DNA of 52,133 nucleotides, taken from positions 1-52,133 of IMG/VR virus record IMGVR_UViG_3300009509_000046. One strand, written 5' to 3'. This DNA is from a virus. Taxonomy: Duplodnaviria > Caudoviricetes. The notes beneath the pieces were generated by a model. That model was not told the origin of the DNA. It made no database searches and saw only the letters and a program-made list of their open reading frames with translations. The number at the start of each line of letters is the position of its first letter. Position 1 is the first letter of the stretch. A program made the position numbers and the translations under genes. Positions 7,347-17,446 of the stretch are shown piece after piece.

Positions 7347-8851
7347 GTCAGAAGGTTGAATGGCGACTAAATGAGATGGGCGTACTTACCGCGTTTATCG
7401 ACGGGACGCCCGCGATATGGTTTCCTCAACCTGGAAGCCAAGAGGCATTGTTGCGTTGTCCTATTTTTGAATGTCTCTTGGCAGGCAACCGAGGCGGTGG
7501 AAAGACCGACGTGTTGTTGATGGACTTCGCACAACATATTGGCCGTGGCTTTGGTGAAGAATGGAAAGGTATTCTATTTCGGCGTACCTTCCCTGAGCTT
7601 GATGATGTGATTGGAAAGTCACTCAAATGGTTCAAGAAGATATGGCCTGGAGCGGACTACAATAAACAAGCGAAAACTTGGACGTGGCCGACTGGTGAGT
7701 CACTGAAATTCAGACACATCATTCGACCGAACGAGTATTGGAATTATCACGGCCACTCATATCCCTGGATAGGATTTGAAGAATTGACAACATGGCCTAA
7801 CTCAGAATGTTATACACCGCTGTTCTCGCTTAGCCGATCTACGCATCCGGTTGTGGCGAAGCTCTGTCGTGTTCGTGCCACTACAAATCCCTACGGCCCA
7901 GGGCATAACTGGGTAAAGAAACGGTTCAGATTACCGATGGCACCGGGCATGTTGATTGGCGAAGTCATAAAGGATCTCCGAACAGGTATCAGAGAAGATG
8001 AACGCGAGAAACCTCGCGTTGCTATTCGCAGCTCATTGGCTGAAAATAAGATTCTACTCTTGGCGGACCCAGGCTATGTCAACACACTTCGAGTTGCTGC
8101 CCGCAATCCGCAAGAGCTGGCGGCGTGGATTGAAGGCTCGTGGGACATTACCTCTGGTGGTATGTTTGACGACCTCTGGAGTGAAAAAATCCATGTTATC
8201 CCAAATATCCCATATTTCCTACTTAGGAAATCAGGCTGGTTTATGAATCGTGCGTATGACCACGGCCAGTCAAAACCGTTCGCTGTTGGATGGTGGGCTG
8301 AATCTAACGGAACGCCGATCCAGATTTTCGGCAAGCAATATGGTCAAGTCAGAGGTGATTTGTTCTTGTTTGATGAACTGTACGGCATGGGTAAAGAGGA
8401 TAATAAGGGCTTGAACATGACTGCTGGTCAAATTGCCCAGAGAATCCGAGAAAAAGAAGCTGATATGGGGTTACGTGGTAGAATTAAACGTGGTCCTGCT
8501 GATAATCAGATCTTCTCAAAATATGATGGTGTCAAGACTGTAGCAGGTGACATGAAAAAAGAAGGTGTCTATTGGGACACAGTTGATAAGTCGGCTGGAT
8601 CTCGTATTCAAGGCTGGCAGCAAATAAGAACACGACTCCAGGGAGCAATACCGGCGATAGAAGGTCCGCGAGAAACTCCAGGGATCTTTGTGTGTGAACG
8701 ATGTACCCATAACAGAAGAACGGTTCCTTGTCTGTCACGAGACGATAAGAATCTCGACGATGTCAACACAGAAGCAGAAGATCACTGTGGTGACATGTGG
8801 AGATATCGTTTAAGATGGACGCGGCGTTCAATTATTCAAAGGAAGTGGTGA
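7343..8851 (+). CDS. terL: Terminase large subunit
   Basis: Walker A GNRGGGKT, Walker B WIGFEEL, RATTNPYGPGHNWVK, nuclease motif EDHCGD. Confidence 0.95.
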   Translation: MSQKVEWRLNEMGVLTAFIDGTPAIWFPQPGSQEALLRCPIFECLLAGNRGGGKTDVLLMDFAQHIGRGFGEEWKGILFRRTFPELDDVIGKSLKWFKKIWPGADYNKQAKTWTWPTGESLKFRHIIRPNEYWNYHGHSYPWIGFEELTTWPNSECYTPLFSLSRSTHPVVAKLCRVRATTNPYGPGHNWVKKRFRLPMAPGMLIGEVIKDLRTGIREDEREKPRVAIRSSLAENKILLLADPGYVNTLRVAARNPQELAAWIEGSWDITSGGMFDDLWSEKIHVIPNIPYFLLRKSGWFMNRAYDHGQSKPFAVGWWAESNGTPIQIFGKQYGQVRGDLFLFDELYGMGKEDNKGLNMTAGQIAQRIREKEADMGLRGRIKRGPADNQIFSKYDGVKTVAGDMKKEGVYWDTVDKSAGSRIQGWQQIRTRLQGAIPAIEGPRETPGIFVCERCTHNRRTVPCLSRDDKNLDDVNTEAEDHCGDMWRYRLRWTRRSIIQRKW

Positions 8852-8852
8852 A

Positions 8853-10274
8853 ATGGCTAAATCAAAGGAAGCGACAGTAGCTACGACAAGCTTGGCTTAT
8901 CAAGCGATGGAGAATCGCTGGTGGAAGATGGAAACTCTACTCAACGGCACTGAGGCTATGCGAGAAGCTGGTGAAGATATGGCCCCAAAGCATGAGCACG
9001 AATCGCAAGTTAATTACGACGACCGGATCGGCAGCAATGTACTATTTAATATGACCGACCTTACGCTTAGAACGTGGGTTGGGCGACCGTTCGGTTCAAA
9101 GATCACATACACTGATGATTTTTCAGCTCATCTAAAACCATTGATGGAAGATGTTGATCTTAACGGAAATAACATGGACGTCTTTGCACGTCATTGGTTC
9201 CGTCAAGGTGTTGCGAAATCTTTCAGTCACGTGCTTGTCGAGTTTCCTCGTGTTGAAACAGCAGATTATATTCGCACGCTTGCTGATGATGAAGCTCAGA
9301 ACATTCGTCCCTACCTTGTCCACATTCAACCTGAACAGTTGATCTTTGCACTCGCTGATCGTGTAAATGGTAAGGAAGTATTGACACATATTCGTATTCA
9401 AGAAGATGTTGTGACACTTGCTGGATGGGAAGAAGTCATTACCACACAAATTCGAGTCCTTGAATTAGATATGGTGAACATTGGCTCTAATGAGGAGCCG
9501 AATTTTGTTCAGAAAGTGCGAGTTGACATCTATCAACAGGATGAAAAAGAAAACTGGATCGTCATGGAAACGTGGTGGATGGATATCGACTTTATTCCAC
9601 TCGTGACATTCTACGCTGACCGTCAAGCATTTATGATCGGAAGATCGCCACTGGATGATCTTGCTGATCTAAATATACGTCACTGGCAGTCTATGTCGGA
9701 TCAAATTTCGATCCTAACCGTTGCCCGGTTCCCAATGCTCGCTTGTTCTGGTGGTGATGATGAGGAAGGTCATCTTGTGATAGGGCCTAAAGAGTGGTTA
9801 TACACTCCCGACCCCCAGGCGAAGTTTTACTATGTTGAGCACAAAGGTGCTGCCATTGAAGCCGGAAGTAAAGATCTTGCAGACCTCGAAAAGAGGATGC
9901 AGTCTTACGGAGCTGAATTTACGAAGGATCGTCCTGACCGTGAATCTGCTTCTGCAAGAAATCTTGATACGACCGAAGCTACGTCACCGCTTCAGGATGT
10001 TGTTTATCGGTTCAATGATGCGATGAATTATGCGTTGTGGATGATGTCTGTTTGGATGAACAAAGACCACACAGGTAAAGCAGCCGTTCCTACCGAATTC
10101 ACATCACCCGAAGCGATGGAATTACAGACGCTATACAACACGTGGCAGATTGGAGGCATCGATACAAAAGACTATCTGAAAGAATTACAACGTCGTGGTG
10201 TACTGTCCGAGGAATTCGTAAATTTCTCGAACGCAACCCGTAACCCTGATAAGGAGCAAGAAGATGAAGTTTGA
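8853..10274 (+). CDS. Portal protein (DUF4055 type)
   Basis: Follows terL; 473 aa; IPLVTFYA...SPLDDLADLNIRHWQSMSD motif. Confidence 0.9.
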   Translation: MAKSKEATVATTSLAYQAMENRWWKMETLLNGTEAMREAGEDMAPKHEHESQVNYDDRIGSNVLFNMTDLTLRTWVGRPFGSKITYTDDFSAHLKPLMEDVDLNGNNMDVFARHWFRQGVAKSFSHVLVEFPRVETADYIRTLADDEAQNIRPYLVHIQPEQLIFALADRVNGKEVLTHIRIQEDVVTLAGWEEVITTQIRVLELDMVNIGSNEEPNFVQKVRVDIYQQDEKENWIVMETWWMDIDFIPLVTFYADRQAFMIGRSPLDDLADLNIRHWQSMSDQISILTVARFPMLACSGGDDEEGHLVIGPKEWLYTPDPQAKFYYVEHKGAAIEAGSKDLADLEKRMQSYGAEFTKDRPDRESASARNLDTTEATSPLQDVVYRFNDAMNYALWMMSVWMNKDHTGKAAVPTEFTSPEAMELQTLYNTWQIGGIDTKDYLKELQRRGVLSEEFVNFSNATRNPDKEQEDEV

Positions 10275-11073
10275 TTTTACCAAGAACAGGACAGTGGCAA
10301 CGCTTGACGGCGTGCCGGAAAACTTCCGAGCCTTCTACGAGCAAGCCGAAGGCGAGGATGGGTTCAATCTCAAGACTGACGCCGTCACCACCGCCGCCGT
10401 CGCCGCAATCTCTGGGCTTAACAGGTCACTGACAGCGGCAAGGGCCGATGTTGAAGCGGCCAAGAAGACCAACACTGCCGATCTTTCGGCTTTGAGTGCT
10501 TATGGCACGACAATCGAGGAGATTGCTGCCGGTGTTGAGAAAAAGGTCACTGAGTTGACCGAGCAGAAAGATTACAATCAGAGAAGTGTGTCCGAGCGGA
10601 TTTCGCAGATCCAAAAAGAGCACACTGCCGCGATCCAGAAGCTGACCACTGACAAGGATGCAGAGATCTCCGCGAAAGACGAGACTCTCCACAACTATAT
10701 GCTCGATCAGTCTGTGACCCAGGCGGCTCAGACGTGGCCCGGCCTCAATCCGGTCTTGGTTGCTCCGTTCGCACGGAAGCAGATGGCTGTCAAGCAAATT
10801 GACGACCAAGTTCGTGTGGTTGTGCTCGGCAACGACGGCGAGGCTCGCTATTCAAAGCTGCCAGAACGTGCCGGGGAACTGATGCGGCCTGATGAGTTGC
10901 TGGCAGAAATGTCAGAACAGGCCGATTACAAGCAGCTTTTCCCCTCAAAGCAGGCTGTTCAGGGCGGCGGAGCACAGACTGCCCGCGTGCCGGTAGGCGT
11001 CCGCAGGACCGACGCAACGGCGAAGATGACCCCAGCCCAGAAGATTACCGCTGGGCTGAACGCGAAAAAGTAG
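10264..11073 (+). CDS. Capsid scaffolding protein
   Basis: Coiled-coil, between portal and capsid; ends MTPAQKITAGL. Confidence 0.8.
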   Translation: MKFDFTKNRTVATLDGVPENFRAFYEQAEGEDGFNLKTDAVTTAAVAAISGLNRSLTAARADVEAAKKTNTADLSALSAYGTTIEEIAAGVEKKVTELTEQKDYNQRSVSERISQIQKEHTAAIQKLTTDKDAEISAKDETLHNYMLDQSVTQAAQTWPGLNPVLVAPFARKQMAVKQIDDQVRVVVLGNDGEARYSKLPERAGELMRPDELLAEMSEQADYKQLFPSKQAVQGGGAQTARVPVGVRRTDATAKMTPAQKITAGLNAKK

Positions 11074-11084
11074 AAAAATTTTTC

Positions 11085-11132
11085 ATCGGACCCGGATTTC
11101 TTATTGACTTCCGGGTCCGATAATGTTATAAT
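11085..11132 (+). promoter_or_regulatory. Major capsid promoter with an inverted-repeat operator containing the array motif
   Basis: TTGACT (11104)-17 bp-TATAAT (11127). ATCGGACCCGGA (11085-11096) and TCCGGGTCCGAT (11110-11121) flank the -35. GTCCGATAA at 11115. Confidence 0.85.
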
Positions 11133-11244
11133 ACCATAGTTGAAAAGTGAATAGCACTTGGCAAGAGCGACTCTTACCGGGACCGCGATGGTCTTCAAAT
11201 GTGCTGATTGAAGATGAAACGTAACCCGAAAAAGGAGACGAAAA

Positions 11245-12153
11245 ATGGCATCTGTTACTCTTGCTGAATCCGCAAAACTGGCTCAGGACACGCTTGTGTC
11301 GGGTCTGATTGAGTCCATCATCACTGTGAACCACATGTTCCAGTTGCTTCCGTTCGAGGGTATCGACGGCAACGCACTGGCCTACAACCGCGAGAACGCA
11401 CTTGGTGACATTCAGAGAGCTACCGTTGGTGATACAATCACCGCGAAGGCTGCTGCAACCTTCACCGCAGTGACCAGCTCCCTGACCAAAATCCTCGGCG
11501 ATGCTGAGGTCGATGGCTTGATTCAGGCCACTCGTTCGGCTGTCAACGATGTCCAGATCGCTTCAAAGGCGAAAAGTGCTGGTCGTGATTATCAGGATCA
11601 GCTCGTCAACGGCGACGGCACTGGTAATTCGTTCGAGGGGATGTTGTCCCTTTGTGCGACCGGTCAGTATGCCACGACTGGGGCGGACGGCTCGAACCTG
11701 AGCTTCACCATCTTGGACGAAATGCTTGATCTCGTGGTTGCCAAAGATGGCGACGTGGATTTCATCGTCATGCACGCTCGGACTATCCGGTCGTACAAAG
11801 TTCTGCTCAGGGCACTCGGCGGTGTCACGATGCAGGAAGTTTATGAGCTGCCCAGCGGCAAGAACGTTCCGGCGTACTCCGGTGTCCCGATTCTTCGGAA
11901 CGACTACATTCCGATCAATCAGACGAAGGGTGCTGGAACCAACTGCACCACGATCTTCGCCGGTTGCTTTGATGACGGCGATATGAAAACTGGCTTACTC
12001 GGCTTGACGGCCCGCAATGCCTACGGTCTGCACGTTGTTGATGTTGGTGAGAGCGAAGACAAAGACGAGCATATCTACCGCATAAAGTGGTACTGTGGCT
12101 TGGCTTTGTTCAGTGAGCTGGCCTTGGCCGGTGCTGACGGCATCCTCGACTAA
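11245..12153 (+). CDS. Major capsid protein
   Basis: MASVTLAESAKLAQD N-terminus recalls YuA/M6-like capsids; AAGGAG RBS; position in the head module. Confidence 0.92.
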   Translation: MASVTLAESAKLAQDTLVSGLIESIITVNHMFQLLPFEGIDGNALAYNRENALGDIQRATVGDTITAKAAATFTAVTSSLTKILGDAEVDGLIQATRSAVNDVQIASKAKSAGRDYQDQLVNGDGTGNSFEGMLSLCATGQYATTGADGSNLSFTILDEMLDLVVAKDGDVDFIVMHARTIRSYKVLLRALGGVTMQEVYELPSGKNVPAYSGVPILRNDYIPINQTKGAGTNCTTIFAGCFDDGDMKTGLLGLTARNAYGLHVVDVGESEDKDEHIYRIKWYCGLALFSELALAGADGILD

Positions 12154-12165
12154 GCTCGAATGAAA

Positions 12166-12203
12166 CAGGCTGAGGGAGTTTTCGGACTCCCTCGTCTGAT
12201 TTT
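12166..12203 (+). terminator. Hairpin terminator with UUCG loop after the capsid gene
   Basis: GAGGGAGTT-TTCG-GACTCCCTC followed by ATTTT. Confidence 0.7.
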
Positions 12204-12236
12204 ATCAATCTCTTATAAGTAAAGAAGGAGTTTTTC

Positions 12237-12800
12237 ATGTCTATTTATCATTGTGTTTTAGATGGTGCTGGCGGACACACACTTCGTAATGGCATCAATT
12301 CAGCTATCGTCGTTGCCAATTCGGTTGCCGACGCGAAGCAAGTCTTGAAAGCTGCGATGGGACTTCCTACCGATGGTGCTTGGTCTGGTGCTACTGTTAC
12401 AGCACTTACCGAGGGTACGGACCTTGAGGGTTGGCGTGCTCGTATTACCATTAAGGATACAAGTGGTGACGTTGTTGAACGAGTAACAGTTACTGGTGCG
12501 GCCAGTGCAGATTTCGATGCGATTGCTGCGTTGCTGGTTACGGCATTGAATGCTACCGCAAGCATTGCAGGTGCTGCGTATGCAACGCCGAATCTAACGA
12601 TTGCAGAGACCACCGATGGTCTTGGCGATCATACGGTCGAAGTCGCATTGTTACCACCGACGACTTGGGACAACCCCGCGATTGAGTTGGCGTCGTTGTT
12701 TGGCACGATCACGCATGAGGGTTCGTCTGGCGACGCTTTGGCTGTTGTTATGATTGATATCAGTATGCCGGAAGTGAAATACGAAATCGGCACCAAATAA
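12237..12800 (+). CDS. Virion structural protein (probable head decoration)
   Basis: Ala/Thr/Gly-rich; directly after the capsid gene; strong RBS. Confidence 0.65.
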   Translation: MSIYHCVLDGAGGHTLRNGINSAIVVANSVADAKQVLKAAMGLPTDGAWSGATVTALTEGTDLEGWRARITIKDTSGDVVERVTVTGAASADFDAIAALLVTALNATASIAGAAYATPNLTIAETTDGLGDHTVEVALLPPTTWDNPAIELASLFGTITHEGSSGDALAVVMIDISMPEVKYEIGTK

Positions 12801-12816
12801 CAAAGTTGATGATGGT

Positions 12817-12842
12817 ATGTCCGAGTGACATCCCTCGGACAT
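12817..12842. promoter_or_regulatory. Intergenic inverted repeat containing GTCCGA core half-sites
   Basis: ATGTCCGAG-N8-CTCGGACAT; could be a terminator or an operator. Confidence 0.5.
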
Positions 12843-12865
12843 ATCCTCTCTTTTAGGAGAACGCA

Positions 12866-13333
12866 ATGCAACTGCAAACAATCCGAATGACCCTGACAGG
12901 TGGACTTAAAGACAAGACGATTGTGTTGAACAAACGGCAATTCGTAGATGGAGTTTGCGAAATTTCCGTGCCTCCGGCTCAGCTCGGTGGATTGATTCGA
13001 TATTTTCAGCGAGGCTATCAAGTCCAGATCTCCGGCTTGGATACGCCAGTGCAAGCCGTGGTGGAACCAGAACGAAAAGACAACAACGCTATCCGCGAAG
13101 ATGACTCGGCGGTTATGACCAAGCAACAGGAAGTTGATGTTGAGGATGGTGTTGAAAAACCAAGTGATAGGCAGGCCGCAATCATAGCCGCTGTCAACTG
13201 CATCGACAAGGAAAAGTGGGTTGAGCAGGATACAAACCCACATCCAAAGGTAAAGGATGTGGCAACACTCATGGAAGATCCGACAATAACCAAAGACGAA
13301 ATTTGTGAGGTCATCGAGAAGTGGCTTTCGTAG
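12866..13333 (+). CDS. Hypothetical head-module protein
   Basis: AGGAG RBS; C-terminal W...PKVKDV small domain. Confidence 0.65.
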   Translation: MQLQTIRMTLTGGLKDKTIVLNKRQFVDGVCEISVPPAQLGGLIRYFQRGYQVQISGLDTPVQAVVEPERKDNNAIREDDSAVMTKQQEVDVEDGVEKPSDRQAAIIAAVNCIDKEKWVEQDTNPHPKVKDVATLMEDPTITKDEICEVIEKWLS

Positions 13334-13842
13334 TACAAGATCCTGATGCTCCTACAAGTGATGCTAACGCATATATCACTATACAGGAATTCAAAGATTA
13401 TCACGATGATCGAGGTAATGGGTACACCGCTACAGATACGGAAATCGAACAGGCGATTGTCAGGGCAACGGATTATATAGACACCAGATGGACGTTCGCG
13501 GGCAGTCGGCAGGACGCGGATCAATCCACTGAATGCCCGCGATCTGGTGTCTACGATCTGCAAACTGGCTGGGAAGTTTATGGCTACCCAGACGAGCTGA
13601 AAGAAGCTTGTGCTGAGTATGCAATGCCAGCACTGTCTGGCTCACTGTATCCGGTGTCAAACATCGACACTTCTGGGCAAAACGTCAAGAGGTATAGAAG
13701 AAAAGCCGATGTGATTGAACGAGAAATTGAGTTTTTTGCTGCGGGCAGTAAGATCGCGTGGTTGAAGTATCCTCTGGCCGATGGGAAAATGAAAGCAACG
13801 AAACTTTTAATGTCCCAAAGACGAACTTTGGGAAGGAGTTAA
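13321..13842 (+). CDS. Head-tail adaptor (DnaT-like ssDNA-binding family)
   Basis: ANAYITIQEFKDYH, RATDYID, GSR...Q...PR, ELKEACAEYA. Confidence 0.85.
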   Translation: MAFVVQDPDAPTSDANAYITIQEFKDYHDDRGNGYTATDTEIEQAIVRATDYIDTRWTFAGSRQDADQSTECPRSGVYDLQTGWEVYGYPDELKEACAEYAMPALSGSLYPVSNIDTSGQNVKRYRRKADVIEREIEFFAAGSKIAWLKYPLADGKMKATKLLMSQRRTLGRS

Positions 13843-13845
13843 ATT

Positions 13846-14241
13846 ATGGGAAGCTTTGGAAATTATTGGGAAGACGAGATTCTGGATCACGTGTTCAATA
13901 AGGGTGCCTACACAGCCCCGACGATCTACGTTGGTTTGAGCACCGCCGACCCTACCGATGACGGCACTGGCTTGGCTGAGCCTTCTGGCAACGGTTATGC
14001 TCGCGTCACGACCGCCGCAGTTGACTGGAATGCGTCCAGCGGTGGAGCTATCGACAATGCTAACGCGGTGACATTCCCCCAGGCCAGTGGCTCGTGGGGC
14101 ACAGTCAGTCACTTTGCGTTGTTCGATGCAAGCTCAGGCGGCAATATGCTCGCTCACGGCTCTCTGGGCACTCCCCAAGCAATCGTGGCAGGCAACACGC
14201 CGAGCTTCGCGGCTGGAGCACTTGACGTATCACTCGACTAA
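13846..14241 (+). CDS. Small fibre subunit (Gp80-like family), copy 1
   Basis: NYWEDEILDH...YVGLSTADP...GYARV...TFPQASGSWGTVSHFALFDA.SGGN. Confidence 0.75.
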   Translation: MGSFGNYWEDEILDHVFNKGAYTAPTIYVGLSTADPTDDGTGLAEPSGNGYARVTTAAVDWNASSGGAIDNANAVTFPQASGSWGTVSHFALFDASSGGNMLAHGSLGTPQAIVAGNTPSFAAGALDVSLD

Positions 14242-14268
14242 TCGCTGGGACAGATGTTTTGAAATTAA

Positions 14269-14300
14269 GGCTCCCGGCGTATATCGGGAGCCGTTTTCTT
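14269..14300 (+). terminator. Rho-independent terminator
   Basis: GGCTCCCGG-loop-TCGGGAGCC followed by GTTTTCTT. Confidence 0.7.
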
Positions 14301-14315
14301 ATCTGTGAGGTAATC

Positions 14316-14702
14316 ATGCCCCCGATTAGAGAGATAAATAAACAAGACGGCATATATATTCTTATGTCGAACGGCGTTATATTTTCAGAGTCAGCTCTTA
14401 ATATCCAGGGACGTCTTGCTGGTGTTTCTGGAAATCTTGCGAAGAAGGAAGCTAAATTTAATGAGTGGATTCAGGTACAACCACCGTTTGCATATACATT
14501 TCCTATTACAGATTATCCAGAGGATCATCCAGTCAATACTGATCCAGGTAATCTTCCATCCTGGCGATGGATAGCTGGTGATAATGTGATAGAAGTCACT
14601 ATGTGGATTGCAGTACATATTTACAGCGAAGCTCCATTAGATTTTACAGTAAAATGTCAAAATCGTGAACTTGGTCCCATTGTTGGAGACTGGTGGTTAT
14701 AA
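14316..14702 (+). CDS. Hypothetical protein
   Basis: GAGG RBS before ATG 14316; AT-rich. Confidence 0.6.
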   Translation: MPPIREINKQDGIYILMSNGVIFSESALNIQGRLAGVSGNLAKKEAKFNEWIQVQPPFAYTFPITDYPEDHPVNTDPGNLPSWRWIAGDNVIEVTMWIAVHIYSEAPLDFTVKCQNRELGPIVGDWWL

Positions 14703-14703
14703 T

Positions 14704-17436
14704 ATGGCATTAAACTTCCATGATGGTTTTGAAACTGGTGGAGCAGAAGCTTGGAGTTCTGTTACAGGGACACCAGCATTTAATGCTTCGTATGCAAACA
14801 CCGGAAACTATGGGATGCGGTGTAATGCTGCTGGTTCTGCTGTTTATGTTACTCCGCCATCCAATACTTATCATAGAATTTCTGTATGGATTTATATAAA
14901 TTCTATCACTAATGCTATTACTATTATTGGTGGTTCTTTATCTACAAATGAAGCCGCGTTAGAACTAACAAGTTCTCGATATTTAAGATTAGTATCTAAT
15001 TCTGGTGGTGATGATACTGGGCCAACTCAACTTAATACCGGTACGTGGTATAGGATTTCAGTTTCTGCCAGTTCCGCTTCTGGTTGTAAAGCTTACCTCA
15101 ATGGTGTTGAAGAATGTAGTTTTTCCAACAATGCTTCTGCTGGTATTGGTACTGGTGAGGTGGGTGCTTATGGTCCGGTAACGTGTGATATTTATTTTGA
15201 TGATTGTGCTTATGATGGAACAGACAGCACATCTGATCTCGGCAACATTCTCACTTTAGCTGCTCGTCCAACATCAAATGGTATAGATGTTGATCTCGGC
15301 AATAACATGTGGCAAGATCGTACTGGTGGTAGTGACAATGGAAATAATGCCAATTATGTGCGATTAACTGATGATCCACCAAGTACAGATGAAGGTGCCT
15401 GGGAAGAAGCTAACGGCACGGCTCATTATTTCAGTGTAGATTTAGATGATTGTGGTTCTGGCAACCTTGCTAACATTGGTGGATCTGATATAATACACGC
15501 CGTCAATTTTTTATTCTATTATGAAACTGATGGTGGTGGTACGGCAGCTTATTATATGTACGGTCGTGACACATCTGGTCGTAGCTCAACTGTTGAATTA
15601 GATGATTTAAAAGCACCGACTTGGATCACTCAATATCAGATTACCTCATGGGATGATGACGCATCAACATGGTCACAAACTGAATTTGATGACCAAGAAG
15701 TCGGTATGATGTGTCAAGATAATCTCAAGGATATGTGGTGGTACGAAGCCTATGTAATGGTCGCTTTTGAACCTGCTGCGGGGCCAATTGCACTTACTGG
15801 GACCATTACGGCTCAATCCGGTGTAAGTGGTGACATCGAAGTCACTAAAGAAATAACAGGCACTATTGACGCTCAATCCGGTGTAAGTGGTGACATCGAA
15901 GTTGCTAAAGAAATAACAGGCACTATTGACGCTCAATCCATTGTTGACGGTGATTTAGTTGTTACAGTGGCATTGACTGGGACCATTGCGGCTCAATCCG
16001 GTGTAAGTGGTGACATCGAAGTCACTAAAGAAGTCACTGGAACCATCGACGCTCAATCTGCGGTATCTGGTGACATCGAAGTTGAGAAACTTCTGACTGG
16101 TACAACCGACGCTCAGTCTGTCGTGTCCGGTGACATCGAAATTGAAAAATTACTTACAGGATCTTCGGCGGCTCAATCTATAGTTGATGGTGAACTTACT
16201 GTTCAAGTAGAAATAGATGGATCTATTGTAGCTCAATCAGATTTAACTGGCGAGCTATCTGTGTTGATTGCACTTACTGGATCTATTGCAGCTCAATCAG
16301 GTGTGTCTGGAGATATCGAAAAAGCCATATCGTTGGACGGAACCGTAAACGCAACAACTACAGTGGGTGGGGATATTGAAAAGGCTGTAGCATTAGATGG
16401 AACAATTGCCGCCCAATCAATTGCTGATGCTGACCTTGATGTTGAAAAACTTCTTACTGGTACGATTGATGCCCAGTCAACTGTTGATGGTGATATAACT
16501 CTCGATGTACAGCTCACTGGGACCATTGTGGCTCAATCCGGTGTAAGTGGTGACATCGAAGTCACTAAAGAAGTCACTGGTACGATTGATGCCCAGTCAA
16601 CTGTTGATGGTGATATCGAGAAAGCTGTAGCGTTGGATGGAACCATAACGGCTCAATCAACTGCTGACGGCGATCTTACCGTCGAAGGTGGAACAATTGA
16701 GCTAACTGGAGCTATCACTGCTCAATCCGGTATAAGCGGTGACATCGAAGTCACCAAACTGCTTACTGGAACTGTGGTAGCTCAGACCGCAATAGACGGT
16801 GATATCGTTGTCGCTAAGCTATTAACCGGAGCTGTAGCAGCTCAATCTGGAGCTAACGCTGAGCTAACAACCTTTGCGTTCTTGAACGGCTCGATTATAG
16901 CTACCTCGGCAGTCTCCTCTCCTGGGCTTGATGTGCTCAAGAAGTTGACCGGAAGTATTCAGGCGGCTGGATCTGTCGAAGGAAATATACTTGTCATAAA
17001 ATTACTCACTGGCACAGTGTCGGGAGTATCAACTTTAACAGGCGTCCTCACAGGAACAGGTGTGACGGAAGCCGACATTGATTTACCGGATGATTGGATG
17101 TGGATTGCAGAAATGATAAATGAGGATGGCAGAAATATGTGGATCACTGTTCCAGGTGATCCAATTGATCCTGCTGAACCCTGGCGTGGGAATGCTCCCG
17201 GAACCCCTGTTTCTGCCAAAGGGATCTTTGTCGGCCATGAGGCCAACAAGCTCTCTGGAGATCACATAAGACGCCAAGAACAAAGGCTGCTTGTGGCCCC
17301 GGCGAGCAACATTGAGATCCACAAAGGCACTAAAATCGTTGATACTATCGACGGATCGGACTGGTACGTCGAAAGTTTCAAAAAAATTACCGAAGAAACG
17401 GATATTTTGCTTTACATTTTGAAGGTAAAACAGTAA
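14704..17436 (+). CDS. Neck fibre: N-terminal ConA/LamG-like domain, ~21 x 20-aa repeats, C-terminal head-closure-like domain
   Basis: LNTGTWYRI...YLNG...IYFDD; LTGTIxAQSxVxGDIEV repeats; C-terminal EDGRNM...DPAEPWRG...LYILKVK. Confidence 0.7.
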   Translation: MALNFHDGFETGGAEAWSSVTGTPAFNASYANTGNYGMRCNAAGSAVYVTPPSNTYHRISVWIYINSITNAITIIGGSLSTNEAALELTSSRYLRLVSNSGGDDTGPTQLNTGTWYRISVSASSASGCKAYLNGVEECSFSNNASAGIGTGEVGAYGPVTCDIYFDDCAYDGTDSTSDLGNILTLAARPTSNGIDVDLGNNMWQDRTGGSDNGNNANYVRLTDDPPSTDEGAWEEANGTAHYFSVDLDDCGSGNLANIGGSDIIHAVNFLFYYETDGGGTAAYYMYGRDTSGRSSTVELDDLKAPTWITQYQITSWDDDASTWSQTEFDDQEVGMMCQDNLKDMWWYEAYVMVAFEPAAGPIALTGTITAQSGVSGDIEVTKEITGTIDAQSGVSGDIEVAKEITGTIDAQSIVDGDLVVTVALTGTIAAQSGVSGDIEVTKEVTGTIDAQSAVSGDIEVEKLLTGTTDAQSVVSGDIEIEKLLTGSSAAQSIVDGELTVQVEIDGSIVAQSDLTGELSVLIALTGSIAAQSGVSGDIEKAISLDGTVNATTTVGGDIEKAVALDGTIAAQSIADADLDVEKLLTGTIDAQSTVDGDITLDVQLTGTIVAQSGVSGDIEVTKEVTGTIDAQSTVDGDIEKAVALDGTITAQSTADGDLTVEGGTIELTGAITAQSGISGDIEVTKLLTGTVVAQTAIDGDIVVAKLLTGAVAAQSGANAELTTFAFLNGSIIATSAVSSPGLDVLKKLTGSIQAAGSVEGNILVIKLLTGTVSGVSTLTGVLTGTGVTEADIDLPDDWMWIAEMINEDGRNMWITVPGDPIDPAEPWRGNAPGTPVSAKGIFVGHEANKLSGDHIRRQEQRLLVAPASNIEIHKGTKIVDTIDGSDWYVESFKKITEETDILLYILKVKQ
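15793..17060 (+). repeat. Coding 60-bp tandem repeat (~21 units)
   Basis: GCTCAATCCGGTGTAAGTGGTGACATCGAAGT recurs exactly at least four times; 20-aa period in translation. Confidence 0.9.
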
Positions 17437-17439
17437 AAT
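17411..17439 (+). promoter_or_regulatory. Probable promoter giving a leaderless transcript
   Basis: TTTACA-17 bp-TAAAAT; ATG follows 7 nt later. Confidence 0.5.
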
Positions 17440-17446
17440 ATAGGGT

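Noticed and set aside
15793-17060. Diversity-generating retroelement TR/VR pair
   Set aside because: The repeats are in-frame tandem coding units without adenine-specific differences, and no reverse transcriptase is present.
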